Assembly (NCBI GenBank): GCA_028534125.1 | Contig: CM052816.1 | Span: forward strand, 60,390,001-60,454,000 | Direction of reading: 5' to 3' | Source of the DNA: Lama glama | Lineage: Eukaryota | Length of the DNA: 64,000 nt | Shown: positions 38,128 to 52,000 of the stretch, in pieces | How positions within the stretch are numbered: the stretch's first letter is position 1 | Layout of the letters: the number at the start of each line of letters is the position of its first letter | Made by a program: the position numbers and the translations under genes | The notes under the pieces: model-generated | What the model was told of the DNA's origin: nothing | What the model saw: only the letters and a program-made list of their open reading frames with translations | Databases searched by the model: none

Positions 38128-41100
38128 CTGCAAAAGGAAGAAAGAAAACATGTATGTGAGATGCTACATTAACCTTAGACCACTAGGACACCGAGTGGCT
38201 AAGATAAAACGTTATTCTTCTCCTTATGCTTGATTTGGCATTTTCTATACTGAAAAGATTTCAATGTAATAATTTTATGCTGGATCCCTTCTTATACTGT
38301 AATCTTTAGACACTGTGTTTAAGGTACAAACACGGTCTACCTAAATTCCAGAGCAAAAAAGACATCAATCCTCCCAAAGCAATGACAGATAGAGACTGAG
38401 TTGAACTACATGACCCCTATAATTGAGGGTAAGGAAAACCTGAGGAAGCAAAGAACTTATCCAAAGAGGAAAAGGACACAAGGAGGAGGAGAAATTTCAC
38501 AGGATTATAATTAAGTGAGAGGTGAAATGAAAAGGGTAGTTAAATCAGACTATTTGCCCCCAACAGAAGTAAACTCATTCAAAACACTGTGTCTACTGAA
38601 GATTATAATTTATAAAAGAAACACAGCAAAAAGTTTCCTTCTGGTATTATTTCCTAAAACAAATGTGATTTATGATTTATGCTATTTTGAAGTAGGTTAA
38701 TGAACCTCTCAAATGGTAACCAGAGAGCAACAATTAACAGAGTACTTGATAGTTTCAAAGGGTGCTCTCACACTCAGTTCACATTAAGATCATTATCTAT
38801 CTTTCTATGGAGAGTCTATGGAAAAACAAAACACAAAAACAACCAAGCAAACAAGTCAAACAAACAAAAAAGGCTAACAGAAATACCTCCACCCACTAGT
38901 GGAGTTTTCAGAAGCCCACGGAACTCAAGGATTACTTGATGACAATAATTAAAGAACAGGAAGCAATGATTCATCTGGCTATCTTAACTCAAAATTCGAA
39001 AAGGCTGACTCAATTTGGGTTTCATTCCCATAATTACCATTTCATTTTTTGTCTTCCAGGAGCTCCAGCATCATTTTTTGAAAGGTATTTCCCCTTCAGC
39101 TTCAAACTCACCTTTCCTGTTCCCTATTTTTATTGGATCCTTAAACGTTTGTCATGGCCTGTGGCCTCCCATCTTCTGAACCATGCAATTTACTCCAGCC
39201 CAGCTCCCAGAAAATGGACTTGAGAGCAGTGAGGCAGGAGAATAATCCTGCTTTAAATAGAACTTATTTAAAGCTATTACTTAACTTAGCTATTAAGTGG
39301 AAAACATACTTTGATACAGAGTTATAATAATCACATCACTGTTTAATTCCAAGAAGAAACAACAATTTTAGGGACAGAGTATTTTCTTCCTTCTCTCAAA
39401 GAGCTAACATTTTCTTTCCAAGGGTTGCAGGGTTCAGTGGGGAAAGGCTTTATTTTTTTTGTTTTGTTTTGTTTCGAGTTTTTCTTTAATCCTTCATTAG
39501 CCTGAAGAAATTACAGCATTTGCTGAACTTGGCTCCCTGATGCTGAAACAGAAATATACCTTCATTGACTAAAGCTTCTAATGATAAAAGTCTTTGATCA
39601 AGACAGTTTTCCTTGGGAACTGAAATGTAAATAGATAAACCAGTGAGTAATTTTTTTATATGTGTGTCCTGGGATATGACAAGCACTGAGAAATTTGTTT
39701 TGTATTCAGGTTAAAAAAAAGAAAAAAAAAACCAAAAAACCTCTCCCTAGAAGTGATCATTCACCAGAGGGTTTCTTTTAGGAAGAAATTACTGAGACCC
39801 ACTACATAGCAAAAGGCTAGAGTTCAGTCAAGTAAGTAAATACTGCTATCCAGTAAGTTGATCTCACAGCAGCATCAAAAGAAAAGGAGGGGTACCTGAA
39901 GTGTTATCACTAATAATAGGAAAAATATTACGTCAGGTGTTATTTCAACTGTGTATGCAAACAGATCACTCAGAAGACATAGAGGGGGAGGGCCAGATAA
40001 ATGATCCTCAAACAGTTCAGTCAATCATATTCCACCAAATACCCTGACCGTAAGCTGGCTGTTTTGCTCTGAGAAAAAAAACTGCTGAAACAGCAAGATG
40101 AGGGATAAAAACCAAGTCTGTTGTTAATCAGCAGTCTTTCCAACAGGTCTAGAATGATGAGTCCTAAACAAGAAGAAAGGTTACAGTGGGTAACCCCGCC
40201 CTGCTGCTCCTGGGGCTGGCAGCTGAGGTTCCAGGATGAGGAGCCGGGGACATTTAAGAGGTCACTGTCAACTGACCTGCGGGGTCAGCGCTAACCAGGC
40301 TGAGGAGCTAATCCACCTGATGGCTTGAATGTCAGGCTCGGAACTGGAAACTCAATTTGGTAGCAAATTGGAATCAGATGCGATGGTAATAAAGTGAGAG
40401 AAATGAATGTGCTGTGGCCAAGACCTTGTGAACAGTGGCTGCAAAAGCCTGCAAGTATCAGGAGGGCTAAGTGATCGCAGACAGAGCCAGGAGGGGCTGC
40501 TGCCCAGACGCATGGGGACCACGTACTGACCGACTGGCACCGGATGGACGGACCTGAGCAGCAATCAAGGCACTGACTGCCCCAGCGCTGGTGGTACTGT
40601 GTGTGTGTCCTCATCTTATTCTCTTAATGCCAGGATAAAGTCACTAACAGATAAACACACTTAGATCATTAGATAAAACATGTGGTATTGGTCCAAGTCA
40701 TAAATCAAAGCTTGTGCTTAGTGTATTTGGAACATGTCTAAAAGATCAGCATCAGGTAATAAAAGAGAAAGGAAGGGAGGGGGAGAAAAGAAAGGGCAAG
40801 AAGCATCAATCTGAACTAAACAACATGCAATTATTAATTATCACAGGGCAAAGAAATTCTTAAGAGTGTACTTAAGAATATTAAAAATTTTAAATTACTT
40901 TTATTGATATTGATTTCTCAGTGACTTCTAATATTTTTTAGAATTGCTGTGTATTATTACTTGCTTGAGATCATGAGCTCCTTGGCCCCCCTTTCTAAAA
41001 TTGCTAACTAGCAAATGTGTACATTGAAAATAAATGTGAAGGAAAGTTATCTGTCTGAGAACTCTGTTCAGTCTTCTTGCAATTCCTTGATAAGACTGGA

Positions 41101-41409
41101 CACTTAAATCTAGAAGGAGCATTTCTGTGGGTTTGGGAAGAAAAGAGCCTAACAAATGATTCTGTCCCTTTTCTGGCCAAACTGGGCCTCAAAAGGAGAA
41201 AATAACATTGTTTCATTCATAAAGGCAATTGAGAAATAGCTGTAATGTTTAATATGTACAAGCCAATTTCCATAATGATAATTTTTAAAATATATACTAT
41301 TTAGTAGGTATTTAATAGCTACACAAACACAAATAAAATGACATGGCTACACATGCCACATGTGTTTAGGAAATCTTTGAACTATTCTCTTGAACTGATG
41401 AACCAGTTT

Positions 41410-42110
41410 ATGATTTAAAAGAGAAAGGAGATTCACATGAATTATATTACAAGCAGGATATGTAGATATCCCCTCCTTCAAGAGGTAGGGCTTAATTCTC
41501 TTCCCCTGGAGAGTGGGCTGAACTTAGAGACTCCCTTCCAGGGAGCAGGGAAAGGGAAGAGCAGCAACTTGTCAGTGGAGAAACCTGACAGACACCATCT
41601 TAACCAACCATGTGATCAAGGTTGGCCATGTGCTGACACCTCATACCCTTGCTATGATACATTGAGAAGGGACTTCACCTCTGGGGCATTCTCCCTAAAA
41701 ACCTTAACTCCAGCCTCATCATGAAAAAAAAATCAGGAAAATCCAAATTGAGTCATTCTACATAACATCTTTAAAACTGGGTTGTGAAAAACAAGGAACA
41801 ATGGAGAAACTGTCACAGATCAGAGAAGACTAAGGTGAAAAGATGACCAAATGCTTTCCTAGTACAGGACTGTAGACTGGACTCTGGACCATAGAGAGGA
41901 CTGTAGTGGAAAACCTGGTGAATCTCCGTATAAAGGGTGTAGTTCAGCTAACAGTGACATACCAGTGTCAATTTCATGATTTTGACAAGTATATTAAGGT
42001 TATATAAGATGTTAAGACTAGGCAACAATGGTGGAAGGATATGTGGAAATTCTCTCAACTATCTTGCAACTTGTCTATAAATCTAAGATGATTAAAAAAA
42101 TTAAATTCTC
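41410..42110 (+). mobile_element. L1MC/L1MD-like 3' UTR fragment
   Basis: ggagaaacctgacagacaccatcttaacca, ggagaaactgtcacagatcagagaagactaagg, gtcaatttcatgattttgacaa, actatcttgcaac...taaatctaa. Confidence 0.75.
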
Positions 42111-42249
42111 TCAAAAGAGAAGAGAGGTAGGGAGAAAGACATGTGTGAGGGGGGCAGTGTAGGCTACAGCATTAAAAGCATGAACTAATAAATTTCTAAA
42201 TATTCTAAGCTTATTTTAAGGCAGTATTTTCATCCCAATATTTTAGAAA

Positions 42250-42620
42250 GTTATAGGGATAGTCCAAATGAGAGAAGACTGTGGGTAGGACCATCACGGA
42301 AGATGGTGAAAAGCACTCAGATCTGAGAGAGATTTTTTACAGAACTTACAGAAGAACTGGATGTGGAAGACAGAAGAGAAAGCAACAAAGAGTCAAAGCT
42401 TTTGGCCTGAGCAAATGGAGGTTGAGGGAAGAGGAGTTCTGTCTGGATATGTTACATCGAGCAAGTCTATAAAGATTCCAAAGAAAAAATTCCAAGCAGG
42501 TGGTTGGACAAATGAACCTGGGTTCAGGATAGAGGTCAGGGCTGGAGACATCATCACATAGGAGGCTAGATGAGATACGAGAAGAGAGATCAGACAGAAA
42601 AAGGAGAGGCACAGGTACAT
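42250..42620. mobile_element. L2 LINE fragment
   Basis: tttggcctgagcaaatggagg...tggatatgtt...gggttcaggatagaggtcagggctggagac resembles L2. Confidence 0.6.
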
Positions 42621-44624
42621 ACGGCGCTGCCGGAAATCTACAAGCGGGGAGAGTTGTGCTACATGGTGTTAAATGATGTGCTGAACTACGCAGCCCCTGG
42701 GGCTCTTCAAACAACAGAAACTGAACGAAGCTAGCGAGTGAAAAAAACTATTGGGTGAACACCAGCTCTCACACAGGTGACAGGATGGTTGCACAGATAA
42801 GGACAGAAAGTGACCAGGAACCAGGAAATTCTACCCCAGAGAACATGACCACATCTGGGAACAGCCCAGCTAGGACACAAGTGGAGCTCAGCCTCCAGGA
42901 AAGATCTCTCAGCCATCCCTGCACCTTCTCCTGAGCACTTGGGCAGGGTCCCTGTGAGTGTCCCAGGACCGTGGGTGGCAGCATGAACCCAAGGGAGCAG
43001 GAACAAGAAACACTGGCTCCCTTCACAAACATATTGGGAGGTGGGGCCAGGTCTACCCAGATTCATGCTCTGGGATGTCCTCCAAAAAAAGAGGAAGAGA
43101 ATTTGCAAGCTGGCAACCTGCCATCCCTCTAAAAACAAGACAAAAACAAAATAAAAACAGTACCCTGCAAACATATAGAACGGCAATGTCTATCATCCAC
43201 CATTTCCCCACTGTTTTCCAGAAGCCATTCGATTTAAAGTTCATGTATTTCCCTATTATCATCATTCCTTAGTCATTGGTGGCATCACCCTGTCATCAAG
43301 AGTGACTACAACTACTCTGCACTGACAAACCATTAATTAAGGGAGAGAGTTCAGAGACCCGAGAGGTATGAGGCAGTGTATCAAGCACTGTTAGAGACAC
43401 AGCAAAAAACAAAACAAAACATTGAAAAGCACCACTGGGGAAACACACATAAACACATACACAACAAGAGAGGTATCACCAGGTTCAAGTATATTACGCA
43501 GCATAATTTGAATAAGTAAATGCTAGCAGGGGAGAGAAAATAAAAGGGGATGAGATAATTCAGTGGTTCTGAACGCAGCCTGGCTACACATCAGTCACCC
43601 AGGGGGCTCTGACAAGTACCAGCGTCTGAACATCACCCTGGAGATGAGGAGAGAGTGGTTTGCAGGCTGTTTGGTGGAGGTTAGTAATGTTAAGTATCCT
43701 TAAGGACTATTAGTTTGCATAAATCGTTTGCCTTTGGATTTTTTTTTTTTCTTTTTGGAATACTACCTTTCTAGCTGTCACTACGGCAGGGAAGTTAGGT
43801 TTCTGGTTATTTCCTACGTGAGTGGGCAGTATCGTAGGGCAAGCAGTGTACTCCAAACGTAACTCTCCCTATATGACAGAGCATGGCATTAGCTAAGGGA
43901 TTAGGCTTAGTCAGGGACTGCCTTGTGTCACGGAATGCTTTTGGCCCCATTTCTGAAAGTCACTTGTGAAGGCAGAAGCACAGGACAGAGAAGTCCATGC
44001 CACAGAACCAGATCTGCCATGAAGACGTGGTTCTGAAGCAGAGCAGCAGGCAAAAGGGGCTTATGTTCAAACCACCTTGAAAAATCCAGTGAGCTGCCCA
44101 TGCGGTACATAACTTTCTGCACAAACACCTAGAGAGGAAAGCTGGAAAGGCAGAAGGTAGACCTCTACAGATGTGCTTGGACATCCAAACCATTCGACCA
44201 GCCAAACACCACTGAAATCCTGCCTTGGGGCCAGGAGATGGGTGGAGGATCCTAAAGGACTTCCCCTTTCTTGTAGGTTTTATTTCATTCTGGTTTTGTA
44301 TATATAACCATACTATACTTTAATACGTTTATTTGTGGTAGTGAAATTCAACAAAATAATCCATAAAAGGTACACACAAAAATGCCTGCTGGGTTTTCAT
44401 ATAAGTTTCACCTGATTGCAACCACATACTCACTTTCTCTGAAAAACAGGAGAAAGTAGTTAATGCCTTCCTTTCTTTCTGGGGTTGGCTTTTTCTGTCG
44501 TGAACCCAAATCAACAGCCATGATCTTCAAGGCTTGGCATTCGCCTCGCAGGCTTTTTCCATACATAAAGCTTCTGAGTCACACTATGGGAGTCTGTCTC
44601 TGAGTTTCATAAGATCCTATCAAA

Positions 44625-44800
44625 AACAGAGTCTAAATAACAAGATCCTACTGTATAGCCAGGGAACTACATTCAATAACTTGTAATAACCTATAATGAA
44701 AGGGAATATGTATATATGTATAACTGAATTACTACGCTGTACGCCAGAAACTAACACAACATTGTAAGTTGACTACAGTTCAATTAAAAAAGAGAGAGAG
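44625..44800 (+). mobile_element. Short L1 3' end
   Basis: aacaagatcctactgtatagccagggaactacattcaata...gttcaattaaaaaa. Confidence 0.85.
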
Positions 44801-45439
44801 TTTATGGATCTCCTAACAAATTCACCTGGCTGTCTGGCAGGACCCTTTGTAGTTCTCTGAGATGATCAATTACCCAGCATCACAAAGCCAGGAGATGGTG
44901 GAAGTAAAATCTGAAACCTATGTCATCCTGCCCCAATTTTCCCTGCGCTCCAACTCTGGCACTCTGAAAGGGCCAGGGAGCAGGACACAGTGCTGTGTGA
45001 GAGACAAAGAGGGGGTCTGAGTACACAAGCAGAGGAGGTTGGCCTTAATTTCAAAAGAGGACAATTTTTCCTCTAAAGAGGAAGAAAAGTGCAGGTATCA
45101 ACAAGTACCTTTTAAAGAAGAGCAAAGGAAAACTGAAGCAATTTATTTGGATTTCTGTAATTTCAGAAACACAGAAGGCAAAATCTTCTGCCCATTGTGA
45201 GGATGAGGGGCACACGTGGTGATTAAAGCCAGCGAAATGCGATTCCTTAATTCAATTGTATACTTTTTAGTAAAGGCTGATGTAGCAAGTGCTGTGCCAG
45301 GCACTTGGGATAAAGGACTCTACTTGCTGTAAAATCCAGTGTGGCAGGGCCTGGAATGGAGGTTTCTTCATAGCATGCAGGAGCCCCGAGGGTGGGAGTG
45401 ATTAGTTTTCTTTAAAGAGAGTCAGAATTTTTTCCTGCC

Positions 45440-45890
45440 CAGTGATGCTCCCCATTATTCACGGTAATAAAATCTGGTGGAAGTGACACCATTCTCAACC
45501 TCAAGACTTAGTTCAAGTTAAGCTAATGACAAAGTTCATTGTCTGGGCCAAAGTAATCCATTCAAAAGAGGGCATCTGATTCAATCCAGGAAAGCAAGAT
45601 GCAAAACAATGTTGGCTCCAGGTTCCTGGGAAAGTGTTCCTTCCCTTTTCTAAAAAAGCTAGCAGGAAAGGAGAATTACCTCAATAAGCTAATGACAGCT
45701 GCAGGGTAGAAGGTGACAGAGAAGAAAGACAGCTACAAACTGGGTCTTGGGTGATATCTCTGAAACAGTGGATCTGGTCTTGCCTGTACCTGGATTTCTC
45801 AGTCACATGAGCCAATTGATCTCCTTTACTGTTTAAACCAGTTTAACCTGTGTTTTCTGTTCCTTGCAATTCAGATATTCCCTAGTGAGC
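45440..45890 (+). mobile_element. Old MaLR LTR (MLT1-like)
   Basis: ctggatttctcagtcacatgagccaat...tttaaaccagtttaac...ttttctgttccttgcaa is an MLT1-type 3' end. Confidence 0.55.
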
Positions 45891-45949
45891 TAATACTCAA
45901 GCCTGGCCTTTCTTCAGTAGCATCTGGGAGCTGGCTAGGCAGCCTCAGG

Positions 45950-46385
45950 AGGAGGCAAGGAGGGGGGCATTCCAGAAGAGGGAATGGATGTAGCAAAGCA
46001 GGGTGGAGTGAAACAGCACACAGCTCTTAGCAAACCTGAAGTGGCCAGAACAGAGGCAAGAAAGGAAAAACCAACAGGACATGAGTATGGAGGCAGGGAC
46101 AGGGCAAATCATGGAAGGTTTTTGGAAGAGTCTGTCTTCATCCTATAGGTGATGGGGAGCTCACAGAACATTTTACATAGGAGAATAAGATGATCAAATC
46201 TACATGTTAAAAAAGGATCACCCTGGTATCAGGATGTCATACAGCTTATGGAGGACAAATGGGCAAAGAATTCAGAGGCTTATTCAATTGTGTTGGAAGC
46301 ATAGCCCAGCATCAGGACCAAGGAAGAGGCAGTAGGCAAAGAAAGGAGGGGCAGATTCAAGAGATAAATATATGTATAGGATCAA
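45950..46385. mobile_element. L2 LINE fragment
   Basis: gcattccagaagagggaa, cttcatcctataggtgatggggagc, aaaggatcaccctgg, gattcaagagat are L2-like. Confidence 0.6.
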
Positions 46386-46739
46386 CAATTAAGAAGAAAT
46401 GCCTAAATTCTGGGAAAGTTTAGGACCGTAGGCGCTAAGGGCGGGCGCCATCCAGCGGTCAGGAATGAGGGCCATCCAAAAGCACAGAGGGCCTTTCGGA
46501 AGGTAAATAATGGAAATCTGAACGTGAGTAAGGGGTGGCAAAACCCTGTGGTCTCTGATGGGCAGGACTGTGAGACAGATTTGCAAAATAAGGTAAGAAC
46601 CAAGGCGGGCATCCCAAGTCTTTCCTGCATGAAAGTTAAATAACATTCATTACAAATGCATTTTCCACTTTAAAATTTTCACACAGTTGATGAGAGTTGT
46701 TTTTCCTTACTAAGCCCAACAGCCTTCATCCATCTAGGA

Positions 46740-46915
46740 ACAGTCCCTAACATGTACTGCGTGGTGATGTTCATTGTCTCATTTCATCTTCACTGTTATT
46801 ACCATTTTACAGAACTGAGGCACAGACCAGTTAAGGAGCTACATAAGGTCACAGAGCAGGTAAATGGCTTAGCTTGTCTTTGAATCCACAACAGTCTGAA
46901 TCCAAAGCAGTTTAA
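46740..46915 (-). mobile_element. MIR SINE fragment
   Basis: ccattttacagaactgaggcacagaccagttaagg...aaggtcacagagcaggtaaatggc...tctgaatccaaagc. Confidence 0.75.
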
Positions 46916-49769
46916 TTATTTTTCATCACCAAGTAAGATGTGGTGTGTTTGTACTACGGACCCACCTTGAGTAGGCTATCAAATTGCATTCATAGTTGGT
47001 AACACACTGGCAATAACTCTCAGAAAAGAGTGTTACAACACAGCTTTGCAGCTCTTTCTAAGCAAATTTCACAGTTAAATTATTTTTATAGACTCTGATT
47101 TTATTTGAAGCAAAGCCTTGTGAACACGTTACTTTTAACACAGACCTTTTAAAGCAGAGAAAGCGTAACAAGTCAAATCACCGGTGAACCCCAAGTAAAT
47201 GAGCAAATGAAACAAGCTTCCTTTCCAGCCAATTACTATGGGTTTTGATGCTTCCTAACATGTTACTCCTTTGACATCAAAAAATCAAGTCTGGGAACCT
47301 CATATTTATATACATGTTGCCTTCCAATTCAGTACTATGTGAGGGAAATCTGCCTCCTAACTCAAAGTCTCCACGCTTCCGTGCAGGGTACGCTAGTAAT
47401 AACTAGTATTTATATTAATAACACCTCTATTTATTGAGAGCTTACTATACACTAAGTGAAGTGCATTTATTTCCTCAAAATTAGCAGCTTTCAGCCCACA
47501 GTCATACTGTATTTTATTTGCTCATTTTGTTCTTAGAGAACAAAAGGCTTTGTCAAATAAAAGTGTGGCATTTTTGAAATTAAGGAAACTCATTTTGATC
47601 AAATTAGTTCGCAACAGAGGAAACAAGAAAACATGTATTAGATCAACCAATCTTTATGTTAAAAAAAAATCCTTATTTCAGCCAATTGTGTACTTTACAG
47701 TGCTTAAATGAACAAGACCTAGATTCAGAAATACCTATATTCTAACATAAGTCAGAGCTGCAAAATATCCTTGGAAAATATCCTTGAAAAATCTCCTTCA
47801 CTACTGTAAGACTCCGTTTTCTAAACGAAAAGGTGAGGACACTACAATTTGTCATAAGGTGTTGAGAAGACTCGTGGGAACACGTGCCCTGCACGCAGCA
47901 CAGCTCCTGAACTTGAGAGCACCCTAGACAGTCAATCCGGACTATTTAAGCGTGACACTCACGTCAGATGCGGCACCTGGGGCACAAGGGAAGAGCTCTG
48001 ATCCTGATCGAGAGAGAAATGGGTAAAATCAAAGAGCAAGGGCACAGGACGCCTACCTGCCCCTCCCCTCTGAATGCAGAACCTGGGCAGAGTTCCCTGA
48101 AACAACTGGAAGACTTCAAGCAAATCAGGCTTCAGTGAAATCACATACCCTGTTACTGATCAGTAGAAAAATTCCTTTAGCGGAAGGAGATCAAACACAA
48201 ATGCTGGATATTTAAAATTTTAATTGACAGTGTACTTTTAGAGGTCCTTCAGGACTATAAAATTAAGGTCACCATAGACAAGTTTCGAGATTCTCTCTTT
48301 TCGCTTGGAAGAGACTTATGAAGGCTCCTGATAAATACGTGCAGGAGTCCTGCCGCTTAACTACGTTTCTTATTACTTGGGAAAGCTTGTGACCTACAGT
48401 GAGCTCAGATAAAAGGCAACACCACACAGCTGTGCCCTGCAAGGCTCTGCAATTTTTTTCAGGTCTTCCATCCATTACCAGCAAATTACAGTAAATTCAA
48501 AATATTGATCTACACACCCCTATATGGGAAGAAAGTTACCATTGGACTTTCATTGCTTATTGTTGGGTACAATTCCCAAGAATCAATAAAAGCTACAAAG
48601 TTCATAAGCTTCTAAAAAGCTAGTTAATATAGTGGATATGAGACACCTCTTAGGATCACTATCAATCTATAAGTTTCTTCAACAGAGCAGTGGCAAACAT
48701 CTTCACTGTTCAAAAGCCTTATTTGATTTTAGAATCTTCTCATTACCCAAGGAAACGCCCTGAGAAAGAAATAAATATAAATGACTGGCAATAAAAATTA
48801 AGCAACTAGGAAGAACCCAGCTTAATAGATTTCCACTTTTACCTTTTGGTTCCCTTGTGCTTCCACACCGACATTACTGTCCAACCCAGAGTCAGTCATT
48901 AAGAGTCGTGATTTTTTTTCCTTAAGTGTATCCGAACACAGATTTAAGATGAATTTTTCTTGACTAAGGTTTCCAGGTTCTATCAAAGGAGACCAGTTTG
49001 CCCATCAACAACATTTCAACCACCCCTAATTTAAAGAATCAATATCTTTTTATGAACCAATTTTTAAAAATCAGACAATAATTCAAAGATTCCATTAAAA
49101 TTACAGACAACTTTAATAAAAAAAGAAAAAGGCTTTTCATAGGACCAGGAAATAGAATTGGATGAGACTGGTGACAGTGAATTTATTCAGCTGAGATTAA
49201 TCACTTTTATTTACTAAGAACACTTTGTCGTTTATCTGGCAGTAACTATTCTAAAAGTCCATTTTAGTGTAGAAATTGACAGGCAAATCAGCTCAAGGGA
49301 GCCCTTGAAGCGCTAAATGAAGCTAATACCCTCAAGTCTGCTTTCTTCTGAAACCACTCTTCTCCATCTAAATGCAAAAGACAACACTTAAAATGTACAT
49401 ATGAAATGTATGGGGGCGATGGAAGATTAATGACATACATATTCAAATAATCAATAATGTGTCTTAAGCCTTTAATTGTACTGAAATTTATTGTAAAGAG
49501 GTCACAGAATAAAATAAACAATTGCCTTGTAAAGGATATATTTTACTTAGTAAATGATGGGTTCTATTTGTTAAAGGGTACAGAATCGGACTTTTTTAAA
49601 GTTATTTTTTCCAATGTGTGATTTCAAATTCCATCAACTGAAAGTGTGCTGGAACTGGGAACCCCAAAACTGAAGAACAGAGCTTAAAGTAGGATCCCCT
49701 GTTTCCTACTTCACACCTTCCCCTCCATTACCACTATGAAAACTGGAGCTGCTGGGCTCTCGCTGTGAT

Positions 49770-49960
49770 GCAAGATACCTAGTGAGTGTTAGGCTCTGTG
49801 CGGTACACTTTCTCCTACAGGATTTCATTTAAGTCTTACCCCTACCCTGCAATTACAGGAAGGGTGGCCACCATTTTTTTTCTGATGGAGAAACTGAACC
49901 TTGGAAAAGGTACATTGTGATTTGCCCAAAGTCAGAGGTCTCACGTTAAGGAGAGCAGAG
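49770..49960 (-). mobile_element. MIR SINE fragment
   Basis: gatggagaaactgaacc...tgatttgcccaaagtca. Confidence 0.6.
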
Positions 49961-51261
49961 CAAAAGCAAAGTAGCCTTGATGACCCTGTTCCCATACGGC
50001 ACTAGACCTCAACACTCGACCAACAAACATTTTTATGAGAGGAACCCTAAATCCTTATTTAAGCTGCTATCAGTTGCCTTTTTGGTTATCTGCAAGGTAA
50101 ATACGTTCCTGACAGTCTCCAAAAATAGTACTGAAGTTCGCAAGTTGGCTTCCAAACACTGTATCCAGAGGCACACCAAGCATTAAGACAACCTTGACAC
50201 CATCAACTCTGAGCATTAGGAAGGCTGGTGCTGGTTACCCAGAGAGAAGTGACCAAATGTTCCTTAAATGAGGATTAGGTTCTATGATGAACACAATCCT
50301 TGGAAACACTGATTACAGGCCTGTCAAATGCGGTTCTTTCTCCAAAATAGATTTGGGAGGGCTGCACAGTGTGTGTGAATGACTTTGAAGTTAACCAAAG
50401 AGACTCCAAACTTAATGGTATCACATTTGTGACAGTTAATTAGCAGAAAATATTACAGTGCAGTGGAGTTTTGCCTTTTTTTAAGCATCAAAAGCAATAA
50501 AAGGCTTTCGGATTTTAACCGCTTCTTCCCAAAGACTAAACTCTATTCTCATTGCAAAGACAGAACCCTTTCTCTCAAAGTCAACATGATCCCTTGTGTG
50601 ATTGTGGTATTTTTGGATCACTCCAACAGGGGTGGACATTTAAATTGGAGACTTAAGAAAGTTCTCATAAGGTGGCCTCTTATTTTTGTTAACTGAAAAA
50701 ATTAATTCCCGAGCAGAAAGGTTTCTCCCGTATCGTATGTGAATGCTGCCATTTGTAATTCAAGGGTGACCGTAGGTGGTTTCCACTTTGGTTTCTGTTA
50801 TACTAATTAGGTCCTTCCTTTTAAAAATCAAAAGCATACTAGACCTTGCTGTACTGACACGATTCCTGTATTACACAGAAGCTCTGAGTTCTCATACTGG
50901 ATTATCCTGTATCACCTTGGAAAGTGGAAACTGATAATTAAGTCAGGAATCACTGTCTATAGAATAAGTTAAAAAAAAAAAAACAGTAAAAACTGATGAT
51001 ACTATAACATAGTATGAACAAAGGGAAGAGATCAACTTTAGAACACGGAAGAACCCAAAATTATAGGCAGCCTAAACTATCTTTCAAAGCCACACTATGT
51101 AGACAAACTAATGAATTTGCACTAACGCTTTTAAATGGTTCTGTCACTTCAGATGCTAGTAAAAAAAAAAGAGAGGAAGTAACCTGAATTACACCGAATA
51201 GAATTACACATCAAGGAAAAAAAGTAGTGAAGCGAAACAGACAGTTAAAGAAGTACATGTC

Positions 51262-51655
51262 TCTTTTCTTACTGAGACATAATCGACATATAGCACTGCA
51301 CGTTTAAGGTGTGCAACATTGATTTAATACACTGCTATTGCAATATGCTTGCCAATGCAGTGTCAAACACCTCTATCACATCACAAAATTATCATTTTTT
51401 TCTAGTCATGGGAAAAATTAAGATCTAGTCTCTTAGCTAGCTTAATGTTTATAACAGAGTTTTGGATCTACCATCACTGTACTGCATGTTAGGTCTGCAG
51501 GACTTACTTATGTTCTAGTTCCAAGTACGTCCCCTTATAAAACATCTTTCCTGTTGTTCCACCCTCTGCTTCAGGTAACCATCATTCTTCTTTTTTCTGC
51601 TTCAGTTTTTCTTTTTCTTCTTCTTCTTTTTTAGATTCCACATGTAAGAGATTAT
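51262..51655 (-). mobile_element. L1 3' UTR fragment (L1MA-derived)
   Basis: actgagacataatcgacatatagcactgcacgtttaaggtgtgcaac...ttagattccacatgtaagagat, flanked by a repeated atgtctct. Confidence 0.75.
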
Positions 51656-51799
51656 ATGTCTCTCTTAAAGATGGAATCTAAATATTAAAATCCTAAAGGC
51701 TAAAAGATATATGCTAACTGAATAAAGCTGCTAACCCAAATGTCCTTCAGCCCTTGAGGATGAAGGTGTTACGGTGGCAGAGCCTCAGGGAGGCAGCCA

Positions 51800-52000
51800 G
51801 GCAGGGTGGCTCAGAAGACTGGCTCGGGAGGATGGCCTTGTACAAACTACTTACCCTCTCTGTGGTTTTCTTCCCTCACTGGAAATTATCGATAATAAGA
51901 GCTTATAGTGTTGTTGAGCAGATGAAATGAAAGAATACAAATAAAGTACCTAGAAAAGTGACTGGCACACATTGAGCAGGTTAACAATATTAGGTTATTA
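51800..52000 (+). mobile_element. MIR SINE fragment
   Basis: ccttgtacaaactacttaccctctctgtg...ttgttgagcagatgaaatga...aaagtacctagaaaagtgactggcacac. Confidence 0.7.
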
